Part shown: piece after piece, positions 40,226 through 50,485 of the stretch
Position numbering within the stretch: position 1 is the stretch's first letter
How the letters are laid out: every line of letters starts with the position of its first letter
The notes under the pieces: generated by a model
Database searches by the model: none
Seen by the model: only the letters and a program-made list of their open reading frames with translations
What the model was told of the DNA's origin: nothing
Assembly: GCA_945859975.1 (NCBI GenBank)
Contig: CAMAPH010000002.1
Span: forward strand, 1 to 64,000
DNA: 64,000 nt
DNA from: Chthonomonas calidirosea
GTDB taxonomy: Bacteria; Armatimonadota; Fimbriimonadia; Fimbriimonadales; Fimbriimonadaceae
Direction of reading: 5' to 3'
Program-made: the position numbers and the translations under genes

Positions 40226-43200
40226 TTATCGTCGGATGTCTACGATCACGCCGATGGTGCTACCACCTGCGGTTGCTCGAACCGTGGTTCGCGTGTTGAT
40301 CGACAGTGCCTTCGCCTGTAGGTTGAAGGTCGCGGTCGTCTGGCCAGCTGGAACGGTGACCTTCAGCGTCGTCGGATAGACGGCGAAGAGGCTCGTGTTC
40401 AGCTGGATGTCCACCACAACTCCGCCGGTCGGAGCTGGCGTTGCCAGTTCCACGGTCGCCAATGCATTTCGCAGTGGTCGGAGTTGGTTCGGCGAGATGG
40501 TGAAGCCCAGGAGCTTCGTGGTGTTCACGGTGAGCGTTCGCGTAACCGTGATCTTTCCGAGGATTGCCGAGATCGTAACCGGAGTTTCGTCCGTTACTGA
40601 TCGCGTGGTGATCGGGAAGGTACCAATCTGCTCTCCGGCAGGAATGGTGATCGAGTTAGGAACGACCGCGGCCGCCGTGTTGGACGATCGCGTGAGGACC
40701 ACGAGACCACCCGCTGGGGCTGGGCTTCCGATGTCGATAGTTCCGACCGAGTTCTGAGTTCCACCCGTAACCGTTGCTGGATCGAGGGTGAGACCAAATT
40801 CTCCGGCAAGAACGTTCAAGGAAGCCGATCGAACGAGACTTCCTCGTCGAGCCTTGAATCCAACCGCTTCGTTGTTTCCGAACACAACGCTGGTTGGAAT
40901 GTCGAACACAACCGAAGTCTGTCCTGGCTCGATGTTGACCGAAGCTGGGACTGGAGCAATCGCTGGCTTAGCCGACTCAAGGTTGATCGTAACGCCGCCC
41001 TGAGGTGCCGGTGCACCGATCGTGACCGTTGCCTGTGCCGTTCCTCCACCGAGAATCGATGTCGGATTGATCGAGAATCCGGTCAGGTTGATCGCATCGA
41101 CAAAGATCGTGCCGCTGGCTGGGGTGCCAACTGCCGTACCGGTCGTCGAAAGGACCTGAGCGGTTGCTACTCGTTGCGTGTTCACGGCTTCAAACTTCGT
41201 GTCCAGAAGGAAGGTTGCCGAAGTCGTGTCAGCCGGGATCGGAAGAACCAATTCTCCAACCTGTGGCGAAGCCGCATCAGCTCGGAATCGATATCCACCA
41301 GTTCCTGCGTTCAAGCGAATTCGAAGATTGAATGGTTCGCCAGTTCGACCGCTAAAGACGACCGTACCGGTTGTGGTTGCACCACCAGCGACTCGAGAAG
41401 GAGCGAAGGTGAGGCTAGACAAGGTGATCGGTCGGACCGTGATCGACTGGGTTCGACCCACTCCGAGGAGCGAGGCGGTTACGGTCGGGAATCGCGTTTG
41501 CGCAACTCCGAGAGTATTGATCGTGAAGTTACCGGTCTGCTGTCCGGCTGGGATCGTTACCGTAGTAACGCCGGTGCCGAAGTTGATCAAGCTTGGACTG
41601 TCCGTCAAGAGGTCAACGGTCACACCGCTTGCCGGTGCCGCCGCGGCCAATGTCACTCGGCCGCTAACCGTGTTGCCACCGACCACATCGGTTGGCGTGA
41701 GTCCGAGCTGCTGGAGCCAGGGGATCACGTTCAATCGAGCGATCTTGAAGCTACCGAGATAGGTTGCACGAATGTCGACCGTCGCGTTCTGGTTCACCGG
41801 CTTGGAGAAGACGGGGAACGTCGCGGTGGTCTGGCCCGCTGGAATGTTGAACTGCAGCGTGGTCTGGTCGGCGCCGTTAGCAAACGAGGCAACCGCGCTG
41901 TTGTTCAGGGTTACGGTGACGTCCGCTCCACCTGCTGGCGCTGCTGCGCTGAGGGTGAAGGTAGCGATGCTGTTTGCACCGAGTCCGCCAGGGATAGTGT
42001 TCGGGGTGAGAACCACCGAATCAGCCGATGGGAATGCTACTCGCTGTCGAAGGACGAATCCGTCTCTCTGGTAAGTAGCGCTAACGGTCGGCAATGGTTG
42101 CGGAGCCTGGCCATCTGGTGGCGGGAACGCAAGAGGATCAACGAATGGATAGCTCGGGTTAAGCGCACCATAGAGGACGCCGTTCACGCTGAATCCACCT
42201 GCCGCATCTCCGTTAGCCTTGAACGCCAGCGGCGTGATCAGGCTAGCGGGTAGGGAGGCGTTGAGTTGATGCACGGTTGGCGTGCCCGTGGAACTGAAGA
42301 TAATGTACTGCCTAAACGAATCCGTGTACCCGCAGAGCCAAGAATCGCCGAATGCGTCGACGTATGGTCCGAACACGATGTCATCAAGGACGCCACCAAG
42401 ATAGGAGGAGTACAAGAGGTTGGTCGCGGTGTTGTTAAGCACCATGTAGAAGCCTTCCGAAGTTGGCAACTGACCTGGCTCTGGGATCTCAATGTCAGGG
42501 TCCAAAGCGTCGGCGGTGACTGGGACCGAACCAATTACGTTCTCCACCGGCTCGTTTGGATCAGCTGGATCGGCGCCGTTGTTCTCAGGGAACCAAGCGT
42601 ATGGGTGCAGGTTGCCGGTGATGTGAACATTTCCAGCAAGGTCAACGGCGATACCTGCAGGAAGCAAGTTAGCCGCGTCGCGTGCGCCGTTGGAAGTGCG
42701 CAGGTTCGTCGAGTACGAGATGGCAGAGCCATCGGAGTTGATCTTGGTCGCCACCATAACGAGGCTGTTAGTGAAGGTTTCACCAAACACGCCTCGGGTT
42801 CGAGGATAGTTGAACGAGTTTGTTCGACCAACGATGTAGGCATTGCCCTGAAGGTCAACCGCGATTGCCGAGCCAACATTTAAGGCAGCGCCCGTACTGT
42901 CGGTACCGAAGCCACCAATGACTTCCGCATTGTTACCGCCAACAAGGACGGAGTACAGCATCGTTCCGGACGAGTTGTACTTTCGAGCAAACAGGTCCGA
43001 GTTTCGAAGAAGTCGGCCGCCTTCGAAGGCGTTTGGCGTGGTTACGAAGACCGGATTAATGGAAGTGTCGACGTTGCCAGTGTTGACGACTCCGCCGCCA
43101 ATGTACATGCTGCCTTCAGCATCAAGTACTGCACCACCGATGACAGTCGAACGACCGTCCGTAAAGTAGCCCGTGTTTGCTGCGCTGACGGTGAATGACC

Positions 43201-45439
43201 CGTTGTACTGGAAGCGAGCGAAGTAGCTCGAGTTTCCGTTCCAAGCGGTCGGAATGTTAGGAATGTCGAACTCGTTGTTCCCTGCGAGAATGAACTCAAC
43301 GGGGTCCCCCGCAACTGGGCTTTCTGATGGCTTAATGCTAAAGCCAGCAAGCTGGTCTTCCCCGTCGCCACCAAAGATGAGGGCCTGGGAAGGAAGTGGG
43401 TTCAGCGATGAGCCGGACTTGGCGAATCGAATGACGAACATGTCGGACGGCCGACGAACTGCGTAGGTCGGTCGTGGCAACAAGCCGTTGTCATTCATCG
43501 TGAAGGCAACGGAGTCTGTTGCTCGGTCACCAATAAAGGTCTTCCGCATGATGCCATTTGGCAATGCGGCTGCGTTGAGCGCGGTTACGAGGATATTGCC
43601 ATCGCCGATGCCAGGGAAAGCTGAAAGTCCAGCCTGCATCTGAGCAGCGTTCGCGTTGAAGTTGAAAGCACCGGCATCGGCACCGAATTGCAGTGCGAAG
43701 CTTCCACCCGTTGGAATTGTGGTGGTGTTGTCCCAGAACGTGAACCACGTTCGAGGTGAAACGATTTCGAACACGCCACCAGTGAGGTTCGCGTTGTTAA
43801 CCGTGATCTGGCTGAGTGGCGCCGCTAGGTTGATGTAGATCAGGTATGGAACCTGACCGATGTCGGCTGGGAGCGCAGCAGATCGAAGTTCGATGTTTCC
43901 GTTGAGCTCAGGAATCGCGTTGAGCGCGTTGAACACGTTCTGGCCGTTTGCGTTGAATGCCAATGGCACCGTTTCAACCCCGTTATAGCTAAGGGTGTAG
44001 AAGCCACCAGTCGGAACCGTATCGTTAACCGCTCGTAGAATCTGGGAGAAGTTCTGAATCGATTCAACTTCTCGGTAGCGAGGTCGCATACCGGTGCTGT
44101 TGATCGTCAACGTGCCGTTGAATGCGCGATTGAGCTCAACCTTATAGGTTGCTCCGTCTGCCAGCGTGCCCGCACCGGCCTTTAGCGTGACAACCACGTT
44201 GCCAACGCCGAAGAATGGCTCAAGGAAGGCCTGAATGTCAGAAGGACTCGCATCGAACGGAATCGGACCAAAGGTGGTTCCCTGGTACGACATCGTGAAG
44301 GTGCCACCAGTTGGAGCGCTCGCCGAAGTCAGCTCGATCAGCTGAATGTTGTTTCGCGTATTCGTTGGGAAGTTGAGCGAGCCAGTGATACCGGCAATCC
44401 AAACGTTTCCGAAAGGATCAACGCCGATGCGCGTACCCTCATCGTCTCGGTTTCCACCGAAGAGAGCCGCGTAGTCATGGCTGTAAGCGTCGCCCTGAAG
44501 CTTGGTCAGGTAGGCATCGTATCCGCCCTGAAGGTTGAATCCGTAAGGTCCAAAAATGGCTGGGAACTGGGATGCTCGGGTCTTTCCGGTGAGATAAACG
44601 CCACCGTCGATGTCGGAGCTAACTGCCTGGACCGTATCTGGGCCGTTGTCGCCACCGTAGTAGCTGCCGTAGATAAGCGGGTCGATGACGAGCTTCTTGC
44701 TCGCGTCGTAGGCACCGAGCTTAAAGCCGATGGAACTGGAAGAGAGCTTGACGAACTTCGAAGCAACCGTCTTCTGCTTTCCGTTGACAACTTGGTAAGC
44801 CTTCAGGCCGACCATTTCTTTCGTCCCGAGGGCAGTGCCGATTGCGAGGTCACCCTTTGGAGTAATGGAAAGGGACTTGGCACCGCTGAACTTCAACTCG
44901 ATAACCGAAGGATCCGTGTTCGGAGCAACTTCGATGTCGTATCGCGCGGCGCGTCCATCTACATAGCTTCGGAGATCTATGCCCTTGTAAATGCCTTTCG
45001 AGCGGACTTCGTTAAATCCGTTCGCCCGGGTTGCCGATCCATCTTTGTTGACGAAGTCTCGGATGACATCCTTGCGGAATTCGCCGGCAACCTGTGCTTG
45101 GTTCCCGCCCGCAAACTCCACCGCAACGGCATGGCCCGACAATTTGTCGGTTGGCTTCGCGGCCTTATAGTCCAACACAAAGCCCTTCGAGGTGACCCAG
45201 TAGTCAATCTCGGAGGAGCGAAGCAAGAACTTGGCCTTGGAATTCCATTGCCCGGCGTTTTCGACAAAGGAGAGCGGACGCTCATTCACTTTTCGATTGG
45301 CCTCAGACAAGTCCATGTCTTTACCCTTGGTTTGCGGGACCTGAGCGCCTCCCAGCGCCATGCCCACGAGTGAAAAAATTCCAAGCGCTACAGCACTCAG
45401 AACGCTAAATCTTTTTGATTTCAACAGCAAGTAAGCCAC
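40226..45439 (-). CDS. Large secreted SBBP beta-propeller protein with tandem Ig-like C-terminal repeats
   Basis: Signal peptide; FVENAGQW...LVIDP N-domain; SBBP repeats (YGSYYGG, D..GNAYIVG.T.S.N); about 6 repeats of L.P..V.GG...TVTL...APAGG. Confidence 0.88.
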   Translation of the reverse strand: MAYLLLKSKRFSVLSAVALGIFSLVGMALGGAQVPQTKGKDMDLSEANRKVNERPLSFVENAGQWNSKAKFLLRSSEIDYWVTSKGFVLDYKAAKPTDKLSGHAVAVEFAGGNQAQVAGEFRKDVIRDFVNKDGSATRANGFNEVRSKGIYKGIDLRSYVDGRAARYDIEVAPNTDPSVIELKFSGAKSLSITPKGDLAIGTALGTKEMVGLKAYQVVNGKQKTVASKFVKLSSSSIGFKLGAYDASKKLVIDPLIYGSYYGGDNGPDTVQAVSSDIDGGVYLTGKTRASQFPAIFGPYGFNLQGGYDAYLTKLQGDAYSHDYAALFGGNRDDEGTRIGVDPFGNVWIAGITGSLNFPTNTRNNIQLIELTSASAPTGGTFTMSYQGTTFGPIPFDASPSDIQAFLEPFFGVGNVVVTLKAGAGTLADGATYKVELNRAFNGTLTINSTGMRPRYREVESIQNFSQILRAVNDTVPTGGFYTLSYNGVETVPLAFNANGQNVFNALNAIPELNGNIELRSAALPADIGQVPYLIYINLAAPLSQITVNNANLTGGVFEIVSPRTWFTFWDNTTTIPTGGSFALQFGADAGAFNFNANAAQMQAGLSAFPGIGDGNILVTALNAAALPNGIMRKTFIGDRATDSVAFTMNDNGLLPRPTYAVRRPSDMFVIRFAKSGSSLNPLPSQALIFGGDGEDQLAGFSIKPSESPVAGDPVEFILAGNNEFDIPNIPTAWNGNSSYFARFQYNGSFTVSAANTGYFTDGRSTVIGGAVLDAEGSMYIGGGVVNTGNVDTSINPVFVTTPNAFEGGRLLRNSDLFARKYNSSGTMLYSVLVGGNNAEVIGGFGTDSTGAALNVGSAIAVDLQGNAYIVGRTNSFNYPRTRGVFGETFTNSLVMVATKINSDGSAISYSTNLRTSNGARDAANLLPAGIAVDLAGNVHITGNLHPYAWFPENNGADPADPNEPVENVIGSVPVTADALDPDIEIPEPGQLPTSEGFYMVLNNTATNLLYSSYLGGVLDDIVFGPYVDAFGDSWLCGYTDSFRQYIIFSSTGTPTVHQLNASLPASLITPLAFKANGDAAGGFSVNGVLYGALNPSYPFVDPLAFPPPDGQAPQPLPTVSATYQRDGFVLRQRVAFPSADSVVLTPNTIPGGLGANSIATFTLSAAAPAGGADVTVTLNNSAVASFANGADQTTLQFNIPAGQTTATFPVFSKPVNQNATVDIRATYLGSFKIARLNVIPWLQQLGLTPTDVVGGNTVSGRVTLAAAAPASGVTVDLLTDSPSLINFGTGVTTVTIPAGQQTGNFTINTLGVAQTRFPTVTASLLGVGRTQSITVRPITLSSLTFAPSRVAGGATTTGTVVFSGRTGEPFNLRIRLNAGTGGYRFRADAASPQVGELVLPIPADTTSATFLLDTKFEAVNTQRVATAQVLSTTGTAVGTPASGTIFVDAINLTGFSINPTSILGGGTAQATVTIGAPAPQGGVTINLESAKPAIAPVPASVNIEPGQTSVVFDIPTSVVFGNNEAVGFKARRGSLVRSASLNVLAGEFGLTLDPATVTGGTQNSVGTIDIGSPAPAGGLVVLTRSSNTAAAVVPNSITIPAGEQIGTFPITTRSVTDETPVTISAILGKITVTRTLTVNTTKLLGFTISPNQLRPLRNALATVELATPAPTGGVVVDIQLNTSLFAVYPTTLKVTVPAGQTTATFNLQAKALSINTRTTVRATAGGSTIGVIVDIRR

Positions 45440-45603
45440 CTCTCGATCGGTTAACCCTCAATTCGTCAGGCATCTGTTCAGCACGAAGCCGAGCAAAAGC
45501 CCTACCAGTTGGACGTCAGTATAGATCACAAGACCCAAAAAGACAGTCCTAAGCCAACGTTTAGACGCGATGTGAACGTCAAATGGTGCGGACCGGGTGC
45601 GTG

Positions 45604-46359
45604 TTAACGACCCATTTCGCGGATATTTACCAGGCACTGGCGAATTGCCTCAAGCGGAGACATGCCTTCGTACGACTCGTGCTCCACGATGTACCACTCC
45701 GTTCCCGCCACGGATTCGCAGGCCTGGAACACGTCCATCCATGGCACCAACCCTTCGCCGATCACTTTCGCACCGTGCTCGCCGCTCCATTCTTTAAGGT
45801 GCGTCGAGAGCCCTCGGCCGGGAAATTCGAGAATTGGCTGCACAGGATCGGCTCCGGCGGACATGCCATTTGCCGTGTCGTATTGCATCACGAAGTCATC
45901 GGGGGTGTTCTCGCCCAAGATCGTGTATGACGACTTCCCTCCTTCGATCACCACCATATCGGTACCGTGGGCGTGGAAGCCAAGGCGGAACCCATGCTCA
46001 CGGACTCTTGCCGTAAGGTCCGAAAGGAGTTTGCTGGTTTCCAACGTGTGCTCCGCCGTGTCGTGCATCTCCATTGGCAAGCCAGGAATGATCAGGTCTC
46101 GGATTCCGAGGACCTTATGAAACTCGATCGTCGCATCGAACTTATCGGCGTCGAAATTGCCCAAGCCGATGTGAGTCGATGGAGCAGTGATCCCGGCGGC
46201 GTCCAGCGTAGCTTTAAGCGTTTCGGCGGAATGCCCGAAGTAACCGGCAAATTCGACACCCTGATAGCCGAACTCCGCAACTTTCGCAATGCTGCCCAGA
46301 AGGTCCGCTTCGCAATCTTGGCGGATTGAATACAGTTGAACACCGACAGGAATTTTCAT
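45604..46359 (-). CDS. Sugar phosphate isomerase/epimerase (xylose isomerase-like TIM barrel)
   Basis: GVQLYSIR, GYQGVEFAG, HLKE, WYIVEHE. Confidence 0.9.
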   Translation of the reverse strand: MKIPVGVQLYSIRQDCEADLLGSIAKVAEFGYQGVEFAGYFGHSAETLKATLDAAGITAPSTHIGLGNFDADKFDATIEFHKVLGIRDLIIPGLPMEMHDTAEHTLETSKLLSDLTARVREHGFRLGFHAHGTDMVVIEGGKSSYTILGENTPDDFVMQYDTANGMSAGADPVQPILEFPGRGLSTHLKEWSGEHGAKVIGEGLVPWMDVFQACESVAGTEWYIVEHESYEGMSPLEAIRQCLVNIREMGR

Positions 46360-46425
46360 GCCGGGCGGCTTTTACCCTTTCAACGCCCCTTTCAACCATG
46401 GGACTTTCCGAGTTACCATGAGACC

Positions 46426-47325
46426 GTGCCGGAGCTTCCCGACGTCGAACTGTACGTAACCCGGCTTTCCGAGCGGGTGCTTACCCAGCCGATCGAATCC
46501 TTTAGTTGCTTCAACCCATTTGTGCTCCGAACGGTCTCACCTAAGCCGTCCGAGCTAACCGGCCGAGTGGTTACCAATGTCTCGAGGCTGGGCAAGCGAA
46601 TCGTGCTGACCACGGAACCCGAGGCACATATTGTCGTGCACCTCATGATCGCCGGGAGATTCGAGTGGCACGCGCAAAAACTCACCAAACGACCGAATGG
46701 CAAAGTTCAGATTGCGGCACTTGATTTTCCCACCGGAACGCTTGTTCTTCGAGAAATTGCCACGAAGAAGCGAGCCTCAATCGGGATCTACTCGTCCGAG
46801 GCAGAGCTACGAGCCATCGACCCGGGAGGAATTGAGCCCCTAACTGCCGCCCTCGATACCTTTCGAAAAGCACTCGCCCAGCAAAATCGCACCGTTAAGC
46901 GGGCCCTGACCGATCCCAAGACGATCAGCGGAATCGGTAACGCGTACTCGGACGAGATTCTGTTTTGGGCTCGACTGTCCCCTGTTCGCCAAACCCAAAA
47001 GCTAAGCGATCAGGAGTGGTTGCATCTCTTCAATGCAACTCAGGAAACTCTGACTCGTTGGCGGGATCAGCTCGCTCGCGACATTCCTGGCTTCCCTGCT
47101 CCCGCCCAAATCACTGCCTTCCGGCCAGATTTTGCCGTTCACGGACGATTTGGCCAGCCCTGCCCGGTGTGCGAGGCCCCGGTTCAGCGCATCGCTCACG
47201 AAGACAATGAGACCAACTATTGCGCCGCTTGCCAGAACGAGGGACGACTCCTTGCGGACCGCAGCCTAAGTCAGTTGTTCAAAAGCGATTGGCCCCGAAC
47301 CCTCGACGAACTGGCGAGAGAGTGA
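46426..47325 (+). CDS. Fpg/Nei family DNA glycosylase
   Basis: N-terminal (M)PELPDVE from GTG 46426; HLMIAG, H2TH GIGNAYSDE, C-terminal zinc finger CPVC...CAACQ. Confidence 0.92.
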   Translation: MPELPDVELYVTRLSERVLTQPIESFSCFNPFVLRTVSPKPSELTGRVVTNVSRLGKRIVLTTEPEAHIVVHLMIAGRFEWHAQKLTKRPNGKVQIAALDFPTGTLVLREIATKKRASIGIYSSEAELRAIDPGGIEPLTAALDTFRKALAQQNRTVKRALTDPKTISGIGNAYSDEILFWARLSPVRQTQKLSDQEWLHLFNATQETLTRWRDQLARDIPGFPAPAQITAFRPDFAVHGRFGQPCPVCEAPVQRIAHEDNETNYCAACQNEGRLLADRSLSQLFKSDWPRTLDELARE

Positions 47326-47364
47326 GGTTTCGGGCGTGACGGTAGCGGTCTCGAGCGGGCGGTT

Positions 47365-47787
47365 TCACCGATCACGAGACGATGCCCGCGGCAACGCTAA
47401 GTCCTGCTGAAAGAGTGCTTCCAAGCTCAGGCTCTCGATATCTTCGTCCCGGGCGGGCCACATTTCAAAGGGTCCGCCATCGTGTGCGTCTCCTCGCCGA
47501 TGCCAAAGCCCGCTGATCATTTGGCCATCCCATTTTCCGTCGTAGTCGTACGGAATGCCCACGCCTGACTGAGTTGGCTCGGTGGTAACAACGTAGACCC
47601 TGGTCAGCGTAACCCGCTCGCGCCGCAGTTGAAATTGGCCAGAAAGCTCGAACTCACCGTCCTTGTCTATCCCAGTGCCAAAGATCACCGAATCAGCAAT
47701 CGTCAACTTCATGCGTTCCGAAATTCGGAGTCCATTCTGGATTGACCAACCCATCCAAGGGCCGGAGAGTGAATTTAGGTCCAACAT
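47365..47787 (-). CDS. Hypothetical beta-rich protein
   Basis: SGPWMG...G.G.D..G.F...Y.YDG.W pattern; start at 47787 or 47805. Confidence 0.6.
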   Translation of the reverse strand: MLDLNSLSGPWMGWSIQNGLRISERMKLTIADSVIFGTGIDKDGEFELSGQFQLRRERVTLTRVYVVTTEPTQSGVGIPYDYDGKWDGQMISGLWHRRGDAHDGGPFEMWPARDEDIESLSLEALFQQDLALPRASSRDR

Positions 47788-47841
47788 GATCTGTTCGTAA
47801 CGCACGGAAGAAACCCGCGTCTGTTTTGCCGTACTATCCGC

Positions 47842-48870
47842 ATGATGACTCCACTGGCTTTTCTAGCCATTTACCAACAACGTCCCGGAGACGCCGTGGT
47901 TGCCCAGCTTGAGGCGCAAAAGCCACCCGCACTAGACCAGACGAAGATCGACCAGCCAGAGTATCGGCAGCAATACGTCACCGAGCAGACGAGCTATCTC
48001 AACCGGAAAGCCGAACTGATTATGAACTTGGTGAGGGTGGATGCGAAACATCCCCGGGCACCGGAGTTCTTCGAGAATCGATGGCAACTCTTTTTGCCGA
48101 ACGGCGAGGTTTCGATGGCGGAATTTCGGGTGCAGAAGCTTGCAGCGATCGACGGTTTTTTGCTGGAAAAGCCCAGTGAGCCGTTCCGTGAGATCACGAT
48201 GGCGGCCCGGCAAGAGATCCTGATTGAGCAACGGGACGGAACGGAACTTGATCCGACCGAGCCGGCCTTTAGCTTCGTAACGGACTACCCAAACAGCCCT
48301 CGCGCAGCACGACTGCTTTTCGTGTCTGGGTTCGTTGCCGATCCGCCGCAGCGAAAACTGGCCTACACAAAGTTCCTCGAAAAGTTTCCAAATCACCGCA
48401 TGGTCCCGAGCGTGAAGGAGTCCCTGGAACTACTCAACAACGTCGGTAAACCTGGCAGCCTTGAGTTCGACGATATCAATTCCGGCCGCAAAGTCTCTCT
48501 TGCTGGTCTCAAAGGAAAAGTCGTTGTCGTCGACTTTTGGACCTCGTCTTGGAACGTTTACTTCAACGAACTGCCCACACTGAAGGAGACTTATGCCTTG
48601 GTCGCACCCAAAGGCGCCGAGTTTATTGGCATCAATCTCGATCTGGGTGATGGTGACGAACCGCTGGCAGCGGTCAAAAAACTCGTCAAAGAGACCGGGA
48701 TTCCTTGGCCACAACAGTTCACGGGGAAAGGCATGAATGATGCTTTTCCGAAGGGCCTAAATGTGAAAACCCTCCCTTGTCGTTTGGTTTACGACAAGAA
48801 AGGGATGCTTCGAACGGTTAATCCATCGAATCTGCGCAGCACTCTAAACAAGCTGCTGGCAGAAAAGTGA
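47842..48870 (+). CDS. TlpA/redoxin-like thioredoxin-fold protein lacking CXXC
   Basis: LKGKVVVVDFWTSSWNVY replaces the usual DFWATWCGPC; GINLD, IPWPQ. Confidence 0.78.
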   Translation: MMTPLAFLAIYQQRPGDAVVAQLEAQKPPALDQTKIDQPEYRQQYVTEQTSYLNRKAELIMNLVRVDAKHPRAPEFFENRWQLFLPNGEVSMAEFRVQKLAAIDGFLLEKPSEPFREITMAARQEILIEQRDGTELDPTEPAFSFVTDYPNSPRAARLLFVSGFVADPPQRKLAYTKFLEKFPNHRMVPSVKESLELLNNVGKPGSLEFDDINSGRKVSLAGLKGKVVVVDFWTSSWNVYFNELPTLKETYALVAPKGAEFIGINLDLGDGDEPLAAVKKLVKETGIPWPQQFTGKGMNDAFPKGLNVKTLPCRLVYDKKGMLRTVNPSNLRSTLNKLLAEK

Positions 48871-48872
48871 CC

Positions 48873-50048
48873 TTACTTCCGTTGGGCTGACTTCTTCTTG
48901 GCCAGGGCCTTTCCGATGAATTCGGTAACGCCAGGGCCACGAAGCTGTTGCGCATCGGCAAGAATTTCGCCCGTGTCACCGTCGACGAGAAGCACAAACG
49001 GAATGCCATCAACGTCGTACTGCTTTCCAAGGGTCGTTTCCCAGAACTTCCCTTCGTAGATGTGCTTCCAAGTCATGTTGTTCTTGGCGGTGAACTCCTT
49101 GACCTTGTCGCCCTGATTGGCCTGGTCGAAGCTGATTCCGACGATTTCAAATCCTTGGGCGTGCCACTTCTCGTAAGCCGCCTTGACGTTTGGAAGCTCG
49201 GCAATGCAAGGTCCACACCAGGTTGCCCAGAAGTCGAGCATTACGAGTTTGCCCTTGTAGTCCACCGGGAACTTCAAGGTCTTACCCTCAAGCGTCTTCG
49301 CCTCAAAGGTTAGTGCCTTCTGTCCGATCGCGAGGTTCGGTGGCATCTCCGCCATCGGCAACTTTTCGGGGGCCGTCTCAAGAACCAGACTCTCGTCCTT
49401 GTAATTCAATTGGTAGGTCGTTCCGGTGAAATTGAATGGCTTGCCGACGCTTACGCGTTCTTTGAATGTGCTGATGGATCCGTTACCATCACGGTCGATG
49501 CCCAAGGACATTTCTGCCGAAGGCTCACCGGCAATGAACGTCGTGAACGACTTTCCATCAAGAGCAAAGCTCAGCTCATAGCCAAAGTCTGGGTAGTAGA
49601 GCACCGTGTCCTTGAGTGCTGCTCGTGCCGGGTCTTTAGGATCGAATCGGTAGAACTTGACTTCGACTGGCTCCGACTTGCCGATATCGACCTTTGCCGC
49701 ACCAAAGAAGATTGTCGATGGTCCGTTTTTTCGAGCTTCCCAGGTTGCCGTCGGATCGTTCGAAAGATCCGTGTCGCCGTTTGAGTCAACGTAGAACTTG
49801 GCTGGCTTCCCTTCTGGCTCATCGAGAATATATGCGAAAGACTTCTTTCCAACTTGGATGGCGCCGTACTTTGGATTTTCCAACGAGGCTGGCTTCCCTT
49901 TCAGGTTTGGCTCCGCCGTAAACTTGGCCTGAACCGGGCGATAGCCGCCTGCTTTTTCTGAGGCTCCAGAGGCGATGAGCTTGAGCGCAACCGTGTCGCT
50001 GGTTGCCGCGAGGACGAAGAGTGCCGTCGTAAGCATAGGTCGGGTCAT
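48873..50048 (-). CDS. Exported TlpA family thiol-disulfide oxidoreductase
   Basis: YKGKLVMLDFWATWCGPC, GISFD, YDVDGIP. Confidence 0.9.
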   Translation of the reverse strand: MTRPMLTTALFVLAATSDTVALKLIASGASEKAGGYRPVQAKFTAEPNLKGKPASLENPKYGAIQVGKKSFAYILDEPEGKPAKFYVDSNGDTDLSNDPTATWEARKNGPSTIFFGAAKVDIGKSEPVEVKFYRFDPKDPARAALKDTVLYYPDFGYELSFALDGKSFTTFIAGEPSAEMSLGIDRDGNGSISTFKERVSVGKPFNFTGTTYQLNYKDESLVLETAPEKLPMAEMPPNLAIGQKALTFEAKTLEGKTLKFPVDYKGKLVMLDFWATWCGPCIAELPNVKAAYEKWHAQGFEIVGISFDQANQGDKVKEFTAKNNMTWKHIYEGKFWETTLGKQYDVDGIPFVLLVDGDTGEILADAQQLRGPGVTEFIGKALAKKKSAQRK

Positions 50049-50090
50049 TATAACGCAGGGGTGCAGAAATCCCTAACTTCGCCTAACAAC

Positions 50091-50456
50091 CTAAATTGAG
50101 AACCGACTCAAGTCTTCCAATCGAATAAATTCGAGCGCGGCTTCGTGTGTACATTCGAGATCCACGTTTGGAGCAACGCCTGCTTCAAAGGCTTCCTGCC
50201 AACGGAGGGCGCAAAGGCACCAGCGATCTCCGGGGGAAAGGCCCGGAAACCCAAACTCAACGCGAGGAGTGCTGAGGTCGTTCCCGGCGGCTTGCGAAAA
50301 GGCGAGAAATCCTTGCGTCATTACCGCGCAGACGGTGTGGTTTCCAGTGTCTGCGGGTCCGGTATCGCAACAGCCGTTCCGGAAAAAGCCGGTCATCGGC
50401 CGCGTTCCGCAAACGCCAAGCGGCCCACCGAGAACATTTCGAGAGGGCCGCTTCAT
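50091..50456 (-). CDS. DUF2237 family protein
   Basis: NVLG..L..C...PMTGFFRNGCC, GNDLSTP, GDRWCLCA.RW. Confidence 0.92.
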   Translation of the reverse strand: MKRPSRNVLGGPLGVCGTRPMTGFFRNGCCDTGPADTGNHTVCAVMTQGFLAFSQAAGNDLSTPRVEFGFPGLSPGDRWCLCALRWQEAFEAGVAPNVDLECTHEAALEFIRLEDLSRFSI

Positions 50457-50485
50457 CTCTTAAGCCTAGCCGAACCGGCCGCTTG

